This document shows, piece after piece, positions 7,633 to 17,683 of a stretch of DNA of 53,041 bases. The notes below the pieces were generated by a model that saw only the letters and a list, made by a program, of their open reading frames with translations, was not told the origin of the DNA and did not search any database. The DNA comes from Gemmatimonadota bacterium (GTDB taxonomy: Bacteria > Gemmatimonadota > Gemmatimonadetes > Palauibacterales > Palauibacteraceae): NCBI GenBank assembly GCA_051004775.1, contig JBPCJZ010000176.1, positions 1 to 53,041 on the forward strand, written 5' to 3'. The translations under genes and the position numbers were made by a program. Positions within the stretch are counted from its first letter, which is position 1. Every line of letters begins with the position of its first letter.

Positions 7633-9639
7633 ATGAACACGTTCGACCTTCAGCTTCCGTTCGAGCCGACCGGTGACCAGCCCAGAGCTATTCGCGACCT
7701 CTCCGAGGGCGTTCGGTCAGGAAGGCGTTCGCAGACGTTGCTCGGCGTCACCGGAAGCGGAAAGACAGTGACGATGGCGGGCGTGATCGCCGAGACCGGC
7801 CGGCCCACCCTCGTCATGAGCCACAACAAGACGCTGGCCGCGCAGGTGTACGGCGAGTTGCGTCAGTTCTTCCCGCACAACGCCGTCGAGTTCTTCATCT
7901 CGTACTACGATTACTACCAGCCGGAGGCATACGTCCCCTCGTCGGACACCTACATCGAGAAGGACTCGTCGATCAACGAGGACATCGACCGGCTTCGTCT
8001 GCGCGCCACCTGTGCCCTGATGGAGCGCCGCGACGTGATCGTCGTCGCGTCGGTCTCCGCGATCTATGGTCTCGGAGATCCGCGCGGGTACAAGTCGTTG
8101 ATGCTCACCATCGACGTTGGCCAGAAGATATCGCGGCGCGACATCCTCATGGCGCTGGTAGGGATTCAGTACCGGCGCAACGACTTCGATCTCAACCGGG
8201 GGACGTTCCGCGTACGCGGCGACGTGATCGAAGTGCTGCCAGCCTACGAGGAGCAGGCCGTCCGCATCGAACTGTTCGGTGATACCGTGGAGAAGATCAC
8301 GAAGATCGATCCGCTGACGGGGCGTACGATCACACGACTGGAGTCGACCTCCGTGTTCCCGGCGACGCACTACGCGATCGAACCTGACCGGCTGGAGCGC
8401 GCGATCGACGGGATTCTGACCGAACTGGAAGCGCGTCTGCTCCAGCTGAGGACCGAGGGCTTCCTGCTGGAGGCGCAGCGCCTCGAGACCCGGGCGCGGT
8501 TCGACGTCGAGATGCTGCGGGAGATGGGCTTCTGCCCGGGCGTCGAGAACTATTCCCGCTACTTCGACCAGCGCGAGCCGGGGGAGCGGCCCTACTGCCT
8601 GCTCGACTACTTCCCCGACGATTTTCTCATGATCGTCGACGAGTCGCACGTATCCGTACCCCAGCTCGGGGCGATGTACGCCGGCGACCGGAGTCGGAAA
8701 CTGACGCTCGTGGAGCATGGGTTCCGGCTGCCTTCCGCGCTCGACAACCGACCTCTGAACTTCGAGGAGTGGGAGCAGGTGGTGCCGCAGCGCCTCTTCG
8801 TCAGCGCTACGCCCGGCCCCTACGAACTGAGCCAGAGCGGCGGTGTGATCGTCGAGCAGTTGATCCGGCCGACCGGACTGCTCGACCCGGTCGTGGAGGT
8901 GCGGCCGGTCGCGAACCAGGTGGACGATCTCCTCGAAGAGATCCGTGTCCGCGCCGGCCGCGGCGAACGGGTGCTGGTCACGACGCTGACCAAACGGATG
9001 GCCGAGGACCTCTCGGAGTATCTCGACGCGCGTGGTGTTCGTGTGCGCTACCTGCACAGCGACATCGCGACGATCGAGCGCGTGGAGATCCTGCGCGAGC
9101 TCCGGCTCGGTGAGTTCGACGTTCTCGTCGGGATCAATCTCCTCCGCGAGGGACTGGACCTTCCCGAGGTCTCGCTGGTGGCGGTTCTCGATGCGGACAA
9201 AGAGGGCTTCCTGCGTTCGGAGACCTCCCTGGTCCAGACGATCGGACGTGCGGCCCGCAATCTCAACGGAACGGCCATCCTGTACGCGGATCGGATCACG
9301 GGTTCGATGCGCCGTGCAATCGACGAGACCGATCGTCGCCGGGAGACGCAGGCGGCCCACAACGCGGAACATGGAATCGAACCACGCAGCATTCGAAAGT
9401 CCGTGGAGCAGATTCGCTTCACCACCGCGGTCGCCGACGCCCGCACTCCGTCCAAGGATGCCGGGACGACCCGGGTAGCGGAGAAGGGGTCGAACTACTC
9501 GCGCGTAGACGCGGCCGAGCTCGTAGAAGCATTGCAGCAGGAGATGAAGGAGGCCGCGGCGGAACTCGACTACGAGCGGGCGGCCCGCCTGCGGGACGAG
9601 ATCTTCGAGGTCCGCACGCAGATGGAGGCGATTCCGTGA
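7633..9639 (+). CDS. uvrB: excinuclease ABC subunit B
   Basis: [48 protein letters not shown]-terminal UVR. Confidence 0.98.
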   Translation: MNTFDLQLPFEPTGDQPRAIRDLSEGVRSGRRSQTLLGVTGSGKTVTMAGVIAETGRPTLVMSHNKTLAAQVYGELRQFFPHNAVEFFISYYDYYQPEAYVPSSDTYIEKDSSINEDIDRLRLRATCALMERRDVIVVASVSAIYGLGDPRGYKSLMLTIDVGQKISRRDILMALVGIQYRRNDFDLNRGTFRVRGDVIEVLPAYEEQAVRIELFGDTVEKITKIDPLTGRTITRLESTSVFPATHYAIEPDRLERAIDGILTELEARLLQLRTEGFLLEAQRLETRARFDVEMLREMGFCPGVENYSRYFDQREPGERPYCLLDYFPDDFLMIVDESHVSVPQLGAMYAGDRSRKLTLVEHGFRLPSALDNRPLNFEEWEQVVPQRLFVSATPGPYELSQSGGVIVEQLIRPTGLLDPVVEVRPVANQVDDLLEEIRVRAGRGERVLVTTLTKRMAEDLSEYLDARGVRVRYLHSDIATIERVEILRELRLGEFDVLVGINLLREGLDLPEVSLVAVLDADKEGFLRSETSLVQTIGRAARNLNGTAILYADRITGSMRRAIDETDRRRETQAAHNAEHGIEPRSIRKSVEQIRFTTAVADARTPSKDAGTTRVAEKGSNYSRVDAAELVEALQQEMKEAAAELDYERAARLRDEIFEVRTQMEAIP

Positions 9640-10133
9640 CCGGCGCGGGGGAGGGATCCTTCCGCGAGCCGGAGTTGGGGGACTGGGGCGGCCGCCTCGG
9701 CTGCGCGGCGGCGGCAGACAACGTCTTCGTCGCGCTCTACGGCGAACTCGGCGCCGGGAAGTCGACCCTCGTGCGGGCGGCCTGCCGCGCGCTGGGCGTC
9801 TCCGGCCCCGTACCGAGTCCGACGTTCGCGCTCGTCAATCTGCATGCGGGTGATGACCGGCGGATTCACCACGCGGATCTCTATCGGCTAGATCCTCCGG
9901 TGAGCGAACAGACGCTGGTGGACATGGGATGGCCGGAACTCGTGGATCTCGATGCGCCGGTCTTCGTGGAGTGGGCCGATCGGGCGGCGGGCTGGCTGCC
10001 AGCCGACCGGTGGGACGTCCATCTCAGGGTCGATCCCGCGGACCCTATGCGCCGGATCGTCCGAATCGAGTGCCAGGGCCGCGCGCCGTTGCCGCCGTCG
10101 CCGCCGTCGGCAGGCGACGACGCCACGTGTTGA
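9636..10133 (+). CDS. tsaE: t6A biosynthesis ATPase TsaE
   Basis: [28 protein letters not shown]; GTGA overlap with uvrB. Confidence 0.93.
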   Translation: MTGAGEGSFREPELGDWGGRLGCAAAADNVFVALYGELGAGKSTLVRAACRALGVSGPVPSPTFALVNLHAGDDRRIHHADLYRLDPPVSEQTLVDMGWPELVDLDAPVFVEWADRAAGWLPADRWDVHLRVDPADPMRRIVRIECQGRAPLPPSPPSAGDDATC

Positions 10134-10825
10134 CGCTCGCTCTCGACACGAGCACACGGCGCGGAAGCGTCGCCCTGGGGCTTCGCCAGGCGGGGGAGAT
10201 GGAGCTGGTCTGCGAACAAGTGCTGAACGTATCCGCCACGCACTCGGAGACCGTGCTCCCGGCCATCGATCGCCTGCTGGTCGGGGAAGGGCGGTCGATC
10301 GCGGACGTTTCGGAGGTAGTCGTCGGCTCCGGCCCCGGCTCGTTCACGGGGGTTCGGATCGCGGCGTCCCTCGCTCGCGGCATCTGCTTCGCGGGCCGGG
10401 CGACGCTGTTCGCGTACTCCAGTCTCGCGGCCATCGCGGCCGCCGCGCCGGTAGAGGTCGATGGTCGGATCTGCGCGTTGCTCGACGCCCGCAGGGAGCA
10501 GGTATACGCGGCGGGGTTCTCGATCGATCGGCGGAACGGCGCGATCGAGACGCTGTTCGACGCTCGCGCTTCCCCCCTCGCCGGCCTGCTGTCGGACCTG
10601 GACGCGTCCGCCTGGCTGTTCGCGGGCGTCATTCCAGGATCGCTACGGGAAGTCGTCGCCGCCGCGGGCGGGCGGCTCGTCCGCGGCGACGTGCACCCCT
10701 CCGGCCCCGGGTTGCTCCGCCTCGCCGGCACGGACCCCCAGGCCGGAAGGATCGCGCATCCCGCCCGCTGGGAGCCGGGGTACGTCCGCGCCTCCTCGGC
10801 CGAGCGCAGGATGGGCGAGTCATGA
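10127..10825 (+). CDS. tsaB: t6A biosynthesis protein TsaB
   Basis: LALDTST, HSETVLP, GPGSFTGVRI, DARREQVY, EPGYVR. Start at GTG 10127 or TTG 10130. Confidence 0.93.
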   Translation: MLTLALDTSTRRGSVALGLRQAGEMELVCEQVLNVSATHSETVLPAIDRLLVGEGRSIADVSEVVVGSGPGSFTGVRIAASLARGICFAGRATLFAYSSLAAIAAAAPVEVDGRICALLDARREQVYAAGFSIDRRNGAIETLFDARASPLAGLLSDLDASAWLFAGVIPGSLREVVAAAGGRLVRGDVHPSGPGLLRLAGTDPQAGRIAHPARWEPGYVRASSAERRMGES

Positions 10826-10838
10826 GTGCGGGCTACCC

Positions 10839-11312
10839 GTGACGCCGGGCGGGGCCGGACCAGGACTGGCGGGCCTCCGCCTTCGTCCGATGCGGGAAGC
10901 GGACCTCCGCCAGGTCCTCCACATCGAGCGCCGCTCGTTCACGCTGCCGTGGTCCGCGGCGACCTTCCGAGGCCTGCTGCGGCGGCGGAGCGCCGCCCTT
11001 CTCGTCGCCGAGCGCTCCGACAGGGTGCTCGCCTACGCGGTGCTCTGGTTCGCCGCCGACGAAGCCGAGCTCGGAGACCTCGCGGTGCTGCCCGAAGCCC
11101 GGGGGGAGGGGGTGGGGCGGTGGCTGCTCGAGCAGGCGGTCGACGAGGCGCGCCGTCGAGGCGCCACGCAGATCTTCCTGGAGGTTCGGGAAAGCAACGC
11201 GTCAGCCCGGCACATGTACGAGCGCGCGGGCTTCGGTGTCGTCGGCCTGCGTGCGGACTACTATACCGAACCGGTGGAAGATGCTGTACTGATGATGCGC
11301 GCTCTCAGTTAG
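10839..11312 (+). CDS. rimI: ribosomal-protein-alanine N-acetyltransferase RimI
   Basis: RPMREADL..IERRSF..PW, LAVLPEARGEGVG, FLEVRESN, YY..PVEDA; usual position after tsaB. Start uncertain (GTG 10839 or ATG 10890). Confidence 0.9.
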   Translation: MTPGGAGPGLAGLRLRPMREADLRQVLHIERRSFTLPWSAATFRGLLRRRSAALLVAERSDRVLAYAVLWFAADEAELGDLAVLPEARGEGVGRWLLEQAVDEARRRGATQIFLEVRESNASARHMYERAGFGVVGLRADYYTEPVEDAVLMMRALS

Positions 11313-11355
11313 AAGGCTGGACGCTTCCAACCTCCAGCGCCGCGTCGGGACCGCG

Positions 11356-11384
11356 TTGACAGGTTCTCGCAGCGGGATCAGTTT
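11356..11384 (+). promoter_or_regulatory. sigma70 promoter of ssb
   Basis: TTGACA-N17-CAGTTT. Confidence 0.5.
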
Positions 11385-11449
11385 GCCCATTCCGGCGACC
11401 CGGTCGCCGGTTCTCCCCGAAGTCAGTGAACGCATCAGTAGAGGCAAGC

Positions 11450-11926
11450 ATGTCGCGATCGTTGAACAAGGCCCAGATCATCGGCAACCTCGGCGCCGAC
11501 CCCGAGATCCGCAGCACGACCAGCGGCACGCGCGTCGCGACGCTCTCCGTAGCGACTTCGCGAAGCTGGAACGACCGCGAGGGTCAGCGCCAGGAGAAGA
11601 CCGAGTGGCACCGGGTCGTCTGCTGGGACAAGCTGGCGGAGATCTGCGAGAAGTACCTGAAGCGCGGCGACCGCGTGTACATCGACGGCTCGATCGAGTA
11701 CCGCCAGTGGGAAGGCCAGGACGGGCAGACCAAGTACACGACTGAAATCCGCGCCCGGGAGATGATCATGCTCGGGGGAAGCGGTGACTCCGGCGCCCCG
11801 CCCGCCCGGTCACGAGCCACGGCCACGCAGACTTCCGGCTCCGGCTCCGGCTCGGACTCCGGCTCCGGCGATTTCTCCGACTTCAGCAGCGAATCACTCG
11901 CGGGTGAAGACGATCTTCCGTTCTGA
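11450..11926 (+). CDS. ssb: single-stranded DNA-binding protein
   Basis: LNKAQIIGNLGADPE, TEWHRVV, C-terminal EDDLPF; GAGG SD before ATG 11450. Confidence 0.97.
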   Translation: MSRSLNKAQIIGNLGADPEIRSTTSGTRVATLSVATSRSWNDREGQRQEKTEWHRVVCWDKLAEICEKYLKRGDRVYIDGSIEYRQWEGQDGQTKYTTEIRAREMIMLGGSGDSGAPPARSRATATQTSGSGSGSDSGSGDFSDFSSESLAGEDDLPF

Positions 11927-11935
11927 GGAGCCGCA

Positions 11936-13114
11936 ATGAAGAACGATCGACGGTTCGGCCCGGGCGCCCTTCGGTCCCTGGGTCCGGCGGCGGTGTTCGC
12001 GACGGTCTCCTTGTTCGGGACTGCGCTCTCCGCCCAGGAGGCGCCCGAACCTGACGGCGCGGCCGTCGATCCGGTGGAAACCGTCGGCATCCATACCGTC
12101 CGACGCGGTGATACGCTGTGGGGCCTGGCCGCCCGTTTCCTGCGCAATCCGCTCCGTTGGCCGTCGATCTACGAGACGAATACCGAGGTAGTCGAGGATC
12201 CGCACTGGATCTATCCGGGGGAACGGCTGCGCATTCCGGGCGCGGTCTCCTACGTCGCCGACGGCGTCCGGGTCGAGCGCGCCGACGACCTGTTCCGGAA
12301 TCTCGACGACCGCAGCGGGCGCTACCCCGAGAGCTCGATCTTCCGCAGCCCCCGGAACAGCGGGTCCGGCCTGTCGTTCCTGTCCGTCGATGCCGGTCCG
12401 CCCCAGCCCGTGATCACCGCCGACGATTTCCATCGCGCACCGCTGCTCGTCGCACCCGGAGCCCTGGGCCCCGAGGGCGAAACCGTGCGCGTCCTGGAGG
12501 AGAATCCCCTCGAGCTGAACCTGCCATCGTCGGCCCGGCAATACGGCCAGGTCATCGTGGCGCTCGGCGGGCTCGACGCTTCGGTTGGCGACACGCTCAA
12601 GGCGGTTCGGTGGGAACGCCGGGAAGAGCCGTATGGCGTGGTGGTTCTGCCCGTGGCGATGCTGCTGGTCAATCACGTGTGGGGAGACAGCGCGCGGGCG
12701 GAAGTCGTCCGATTGCTGGCCGACTACCGGGTAGGGGACGAAGTCGTTGCGCCCGACGCCTACCAGCTCGATCCGGCGGCGCGCCCGGTCGAAAGCGAGG
12801 CGGACATCAGCGGCCAGGTCATCGCGTTCGCCGTCCCTCAGACGCTGCTCGGTCCGGGCGAGGCGGTCTTCCTCGACCTGGGATCCGCAGACGGCGTGCA
12901 GGTCGGTGACGAGTTCGCCGTATTCTCCCGTCACGAACGGGAAGCGCTCGTCTCCGCGGAGGAGGACGCCCTCGTCATCGTTCGGGTTGCCCATGCAACA
13001 GAAAGCACGTCGACGGCGTACGTCGTTCGGGTGCGGGACCCGGGCACACGGCCCGGTGACCCGATCCGCCGGCTGCGGCGCATCGCCGACTACGTGCCGC
13101 CCGAGACCGAGTGA
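11936..13114 (+). CDS. secreted LysM peptidoglycan-binding protein (TsaP-like)
   Basis: Signal peptide; HTVRRGDTLWGLA..FL.NP..WP.I...N....DPHWIYPG; beta-rich C-terminus with VFLDLG..DGVQVGD (FlgT-C-like). Confidence 0.8.
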   Translation: MKNDRRFGPGALRSLGPAAVFATVSLFGTALSAQEAPEPDGAAVDPVETVGIHTVRRGDTLWGLAARFLRNPLRWPSIYETNTEVVEDPHWIYPGERLRIPGAVSYVADGVRVERADDLFRNLDDRSGRYPESSIFRSPRNSGSGLSFLSVDAGPPQPVITADDFHRAPLLVAPGALGPEGETVRVLEENPLELNLPSSARQYGQVIVALGGLDASVGDTLKAVRWERREEPYGVVVLPVAMLLVNHVWGDSARAEVVRLLADYRVGDEVVAPDAYQLDPAARPVESEADISGQVIAFAVPQTLLGPGEAVFLDLGSADGVQVGDEFAVFSRHEREALVSAEEDALVIVRVAHATESTSTAYVVRVRDPGTRPGDPIRRLRRIADYVPPETE

Positions 13115-13227
13115 TCCAACCGGCCGGCCGTCTTTCCGCCTCCACTCCGCTCGTCTAGGTTCCTTCCCACTGCTCTTCGCCGTGGCGTCAAGCGCCGCGG
13201 CGGGCACCTCCGCGTCTCAACCGAATA

Positions 13228-13233
13228 CATACT
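13228..13233 (+). promoter_or_regulatory. -10 element, leaderless geometry
   Basis: CATACT 6 nt before ATG 13240; no SD and no clear -35. Confidence 0.4.
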
Positions 13234-13239
13234 AAAGTC

Positions 13240-14193
13240 ATGAATCATAGAAAGCGCATCGCGCTGGTGACCGGCGGCGCCGGTTTCATCGGATCACATG
13301 TCTGCGAGGCCTACAGGGACGACGGCTTCGAGGTGATCGCGGTCGACGATCTGAGCTCGGGCCGACGAGAGAACCTCCCCGAGGGCGTCGAACTGATCGA
13401 GATGGACATCCGCTCCGACGATCTGCCCGCCCTGATGAAGGACCGTGGCGTCGAGATCGTGAACCATCATGCGGCGCAGATCGACGTCCGCGACTCCGTC
13501 GCTCGCCCGCGCCACGACGCTTCGATCAACGTCGACGGCTGGCTGAACGTGCTGCGGTCCGCGCACGAGGCCGGAGCGCGCCGGGTCGTCTACATCTCAT
13601 CCGGCGGCGTCGTGTACGGAGAGCCCGACGTGATGCCGACTCCCGAGCGGGCGCCGAAAGCACCGATTTCGCCGTACGGAGTCAGCAAGCTGGCCGGCGA
13701 GCACTACATGTGGTTCTATCGGAAGATCCACGGCCTGGAGGGCGTAGCGCTGCGCTATTCCAACGTGTACGGCCCACGCCAGAACCCGCACGGCGAAGCC
13801 GGGGTCGTTGCCCTGTTTTCCCGCCGGATCCTCAACGGTGAAACGCTTCGCGTCTTCGGGGACGGGGAACAGACGCGTGACTACGTGTACGTGGGAGACA
13901 TCGCGGCAGCCAACCTGCACGTCTCGAAGCTCGACTCGCCCGAACCGGAAACGCTCGACGACGTCGCGTTCAACGTCGCCACCGGCGCGGAAACGTCCGT
14001 CCTCGCGCTGGCCGACTCGATCATCGCCGCGAGCGGCCGTTCGGTCGACATCGAGCACGCGCCCTCGCGGCCGGGCGAACTCGACCGGAGCTGCCTCGAC
14101 ACGGGGAAGCTACGGGCGACCGGATGGAAGCCGGAAGTGGATCTCGAGCAGGGTCTGCGCCGGACGTACGACTACATCGCCAACCACCCCTGA
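13240..14193 (+). CDS. NAD-dependent epimerase/dehydratase (UDP-glucose 4-epimerase-like)
   Basis: TGGAGFIG, YGVSK (YxxxK), RYSNVYGPRQ, DGEQTRDYVYV. Confidence 0.92.
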   Translation: MNHRKRIALVTGGAGFIGSHVCEAYRDDGFEVIAVDDLSSGRRENLPEGVELIEMDIRSDDLPALMKDRGVEIVNHHAAQIDVRDSVARPRHDASINVDGWLNVLRSAHEAGARRVVYISSGGVVYGEPDVMPTPERAPKAPISPYGVSKLAGEHYMWFYRKIHGLEGVALRYSNVYGPRQNPHGEAGVVALFSRRILNGETLRVFGDGEQTRDYVYVGDIAAANLHVSKLDSPEPETLDDVAFNVATGAETSVLALADSIIAASGRSVDIEHAPSRPGELDRSCLDTGKLRATGWKPEVDLEQGLRRTYDYIANHP

Positions 14194-14218
14194 CGATAAG
14201 GCCGAGGAAACATACCGG

Positions 14219-14956
14219 ATGAATCTCATAGCGAGCGTGCTCGTCCTGCTGCAGGACGCGCCCATCAGGACGGATCCGTGGGACCTCATCATCTACGCGA
14301 CGCCGGTCACGAAGATCATCCTCATCGTGCTCGCCGCATTCTCCCTCGTCTCCTGGGTCGCGATCTTCTGGAAGTGGAAGGCGTTCCGGCGGGTGTCGCA
14401 CGACGGCGACCGATTCGTAGCGGGCATCGAAGGCGCGGATGGGCTGCACGGGATGTATCAGATGCTGACTCGCCTGCAGGAGTCGTCTTACACGCGCGTA
14501 TTCCGTCGGGGAGTCAACTTCTATACCGAGTTGCGTCCGACCGCCCTGCGCGACGCGCCGGCCCCCGGTGGGACGACCGGCCTGACGCCCGCCCAGCTCG
14601 AAGCGCTGAGTCTCGTGCTCTGGAAGGAGCTGGCGGAGGAGCGCGACAACCTCGCCCACGGTCTGCACTGGCTCGCGATCATCGGGTCGGTGAGTCCGCT
14701 GATGGGCCTCATGGGCACGGTCCTCGGCGTGATGAACTCGTTCATCGGGATCACCGCCCAGGGATCGGCCAACATCGCGGCCGTGGCGCCCGGCATAGCC
14801 GAAGCCCTGATCACCACGGTCGCCGGCCTGGCCGTCGCCATCCCGGCCGTGATCGCCTACAACCACTACGCGGGCAAGCTGGCCCTGTTCACCGGTGAGT
14901 TGGAAGGCTTCGCGGCCGAGTTCATCGGGACGCTCGCGCGCGAAGGCCGCGTATGA
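14219..14956 (+). CDS. tolQ: TolQ (MotA/TolQ/ExbB family)
   Basis: SPLMGLMGTVLG, VAPGIAEALITT, AIPA..YN; GAGG SD; tol-pal context. Confidence 0.92.
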   Translation: MNLIASVLVLLQDAPIRTDPWDLIIYATPVTKIILIVLAAFSLVSWVAIFWKWKAFRRVSHDGDRFVAGIEGADGLHGMYQMLTRLQESSYTRVFRRGVNFYTELRPTALRDAPAPGGTTGLTPAQLEALSLVLWKELAEERDNLAHGLHWLAIIGSVSPLMGLMGTVLGVMNSFIGITAQGSANIAAVAPGIAEALITTVAGLAVAIPAVIAYNHYAGKLALFTGELEGFAAEFIGTLAREGRV

Positions 14957-15393
14957 TGCGCCTGGGCGGCCGTCGCGGTGACGGCGGCATCGGCGGACTC
15001 CCGGTCCGCGCGGAGATCAACGTCACGAGCCTCGTCGACGTCGCCTTCACGCTGCTGGTCATTTTCATGATCACCGCGCCGATACTACAGGGGGGCGTCG
15101 AGGTGACCGTGCCGCAGGCGCCGTCCGCGCCGCTCCAGGTGTCCGAGGGCATCGTCGTGACGGTCGATCGCGAAGGCACGATCTACGTGGACGACGCGGC
15201 GGTATCCCGCGAAGAGTTCGCGGCAGCGATCAAGCCGCTCGTGGAACGGAGCGGTGGGGAGACCGTGTATGTGAAGGGCGACACGGACGTCCCGTATGGT
15301 GCGGTTCTCTGGGTGATCGGCACGCTGAGGGAGGCGGAAATCGAATCCGTCAGCCTCATCGCCGAGCCCGAGCCGCGCCGGCGCGGACAGTAG
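14953..15393 (+). CDS. tolR: TolR (ExbD family)
   Basis: EINVTSLVDVAFTLLVIFMITAP, KGD..VPYG.V. Confidence 0.92.
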   Translation: MMRLGGRRGDGGIGGLPVRAEINVTSLVDVAFTLLVIFMITAPILQGGVEVTVPQAPSAPLQVSEGIVVTVDREGTIYVDDAAVSREEFAAAIKPLVERSGGETVYVKGDTDVPYGAVLWVIGTLREAEIESVSLIAEPEPRRRGQ

Positions 15394-15420
15394 GGCACGC
15401 CGACCAATCGAGCCGAAGAA

Positions 15421-15474
15421 ATGGCTGGACACGACTAGATGGCTGGACACGATTAGATGGCTGGACGCGACGTA
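15421..15474 (+). repeat. 18-bp tandem repeat x3; first two copies are MAGHD* mini-ORFs, third is the tolA start
   Basis: ATGGCTGGACACGACTAG / ATGGCTGGACACGATTAG / ATGGCTGGACGCGACGTA. Confidence 0.9.
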
Positions 15475-16122
15475 GAACGCAAGGTGCCGACGGCGGCGGT
15501 GTGGGGCTCTCTCGGCCTGCACCTCGGCCTGGCCGTCCTGCTGTTCGCCCTGTCCGTGTTCAACGTCCCGCCGGTGCCCGCGCTGACGTACCAGGTGCGG
15601 CTCGTCGCGGCGGCCGATCTCGCCGCGCCGCTCGCCGAGACCCCCGCGCCCCCACAACAGGCAGAGGAAGAGATTCGACCGCCCGTGCCCCAGCCCACCG
15701 ACGATCCCGTTCCGCAGACCGAGCTCCCGGCCGTCGTGGAGGAGATGCCCGAGGTGAAAGAGCCAGAGCGGGAGCCCGCCCGCGCGGACGAGGTCGGCGA
15801 AGAGGCGGTCAACGTTCAGCTCGACGGGGCGCGGTTCGTCGACCCGGAATACGCCAACAACCTCATTCGACAGATCCACCGCTACTGGCGTCCTCCCCAG
15901 GGCGCGCGCCGCAACAGCGCCGAGGTCGTGTTCACACTCAACCGCGCCGGCCAGGTGGTCGGTATCGAGTGGCTCACGCGGTCCGGCGACACCACGTTCG
16001 ATCTCGAAGCGCGCGGGGCGATCGAGGCGGCCGGACGCGCCGGCGCCTTCGGACCCCTGCCCGACGCCTGGCCGGCCGACGAGATGCGGGTCTCATTCTT
16101 CTTCGACCCGGCGGCCCTGTGA
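15457..16122 (+). CDS. tolA: TolA/TonB-family energy transducer
   Basis: TM with SHLS-type motif (SLGLH), Pro/Glu linker, TonB_2-like C-domain (Y...I.RYW.PP, SG...FD..A..AI, FGPLP). Confidence 0.85.
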   Translation: MAGRDVERKVPTAAVWGSLGLHLGLAVLLFALSVFNVPPVPALTYQVRLVAAADLAAPLAETPAPPQQAEEEIRPPVPQPTDDPVPQTELPAVVEEMPEVKEPEREPARADEVGEEAVNVQLDGARFVDPEYANNLIRQIHRYWRPPQGARRNSAEVVFTLNRAGQVVGIEWLTRSGDTTFDLEARGAIEAAGRAGAFGPLPDAWPADEMRVSFFFDPAAL

Positions 16123-16178
16123 TCCACCCCGTGATGTCTTCCATCGCATTGAAATCAACGAAGTCAACCGAAACGAAG

Positions 16179-17522
16179 ATGGTCGAAATGACGATAGATC
16201 GAAGAGCTACGCTCGCTAGAGCCGCTGTCGGCTGCGCGCTCCTGTCGCTGGCCGGCGCCACGTCGCTGGCAGCCCAGGACAGGGGTGACGTCCGCCTCGG
16301 CATCACCTATACCCCGGGCTATCAGCCCGGACTCGTGATGACGGCCGTGTCGCATCAGACCGAGCTGTCGGAGCCCGCGCGCGCGGCCGAGTCGATCCTG
16401 CGCACCGACCTGCAGTACGCCGACCGGTTCGAGATCATCGCGGTCCCCGATTCGATCCGTTCCGCCGACGGTGTGAATTACGGCCTGTGGAACCAGCTCG
16501 GCGCCGTGTGGCTGGTCAACTCCGAGCTATCAGGTACCTCGGCGGCGCCGGAGCTCCGCGTCAGCCTCCACGACGTCGTGTTCGGCGAGCAGAAACAGGT
16601 GCAGTCCTTCACGCTTCCGCCGGTGGGCGACGGCGGTTTCCACATGGCCGTGCACCGGGTGTCGGACCAGGTCGTCGAATGGGCGACCGGCGATCCGGGC
16701 ATCGCGGCGACACGGATCGTGTTCCGCCGCAAGACGGCCGACGGGGCCTCCGACATCTACGCGATCGACTACGACGGCGAGAACCTGACGCGCCTGACCT
16801 CTGAGAACACGATCGTGTACTCCCCGGCGCTTTCGCCCGAGGGCACGCACCTGCTGTACGTGTCCTACGCGGAAGGACGTCCGATCGTGTACGAGAAGAA
16901 TCTGGCGAGCGGCGCCCGGCGAACCATCTCGAGTGAGTCGGGCCTCAATCTCACGCCGGTCTATTCCCCGGACGGCAAGAAGATTCTGCTGGCGCGCACG
17001 GCGGGCGACCACGCGGAGCTGTTCGAGTTCGGCCGCGAGCCGTTGTGCTGTGCGAATCGGCTCACCTACACCAACGCCGGGGAGACGCTCAACGCCGGCT
17101 ACTCGCCCGACGGCAGGCGGCTCGCGATCACGTCCTCGCCGCTCGGCCTGCCGCAGATCTACGTCATGCCGGTCACCGGCGGCTCGCCACAGCTGATCAG
17201 CCGCTACGTGTACGGCGAGCGGGGATACGCGACGTCTCCCGACTGGGCGCCCCGCAACGACCGGCTCGCCTACCAGGCGTGGGTGGACAACAGCTTCCAG
17301 GTGGTGACGGTGAGCCCCAATGGGGCGGATCGCCGGATCATGACCTCGGCCGGCAGCAACGAAGATCCGAGCTGGGCCCCGGACGGGCGGCATCTCGTCT
17401 TCGCGTCGGCGAGCCAGAGGGGCCATTCGCTCCTCATCCTCGATACCGTCGGGGGGCAGGTCCGCACCCTCACGTCGGGCCGGATGGATCAAATGCCGGA
17501 TTGGTCGGCCCCGCTTCGGTGA
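16179..17522 (+). CDS. tolB: TolB beta-propeller protein
   Basis: Signal peptide, TolB_N, IYAIDYDGEN, PD40 repeats (P.[WY]SPDG). Start uncertain (16119-16188). Confidence 0.92.
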   Translation: MVEMTIDRRATLARAAVGCALLSLAGATSLAAQDRGDVRLGITYTPGYQPGLVMTAVSHQTELSEPARAAESILRTDLQYADRFEIIAVPDSIRSADGVNYGLWNQLGAVWLVNSELSGTSAAPELRVSLHDVVFGEQKQVQSFTLPPVGDGGFHMAVHRVSDQVVEWATGDPGIAATRIVFRRKTADGASDIYAIDYDGENLTRLTSENTIVYSPALSPEGTHLLYVSYAEGRPIVYEKNLASGARRTISSESGLNLTPVYSPDGKKILLARTAGDHAELFEFGREPLCCANRLTYTNAGETLNAGYSPDGRRLAITSSPLGLPQIYVMPVTGGSPQLISRYVYGERGYATSPDWAPRNDRLAYQAWVDNSFQVVTVSPNGADRRIMTSAGSNEDPSWAPDGRHLVFASASQRGHSLLILDTVGGQVRTLTSGRMDQMPDWSAPLR

Positions 17523-17563
17523 GCGGACCGGAAATTCAGGCTTTTCGCTGGCCCGCCGCCCCC

Positions 17564-17592
17564 TTTGCAAGCGATGTAGGGGCCGCTACAAT
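17564..17592 (+). promoter_or_regulatory. internal sigma70 promoter for pal-cpoB
   Basis: TTTGCA-N17-TACAAT (or TTGCAA-N16). Confidence 0.55.
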
Positions 17593-17683
17593 TGACGCGG
17601 ACCCGGTCCGGCAGAGCATAGCGCGTCGGGCGCGCGCCGCGTGTCGACAACCAGCACTATTCTCGACTTCAAGGAGCAATCAG

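Noticed and set aside
11834-11869. TCCGGC hexamer run in ssb
   Set aside because: It encodes the ordinary Gly/Ser disordered SSB linker.
15421-15474. Direct repeats as a possible mini-CRISPR
   Set aside because: Units are 18 bp and abut with no spacers; there are no cas genes.
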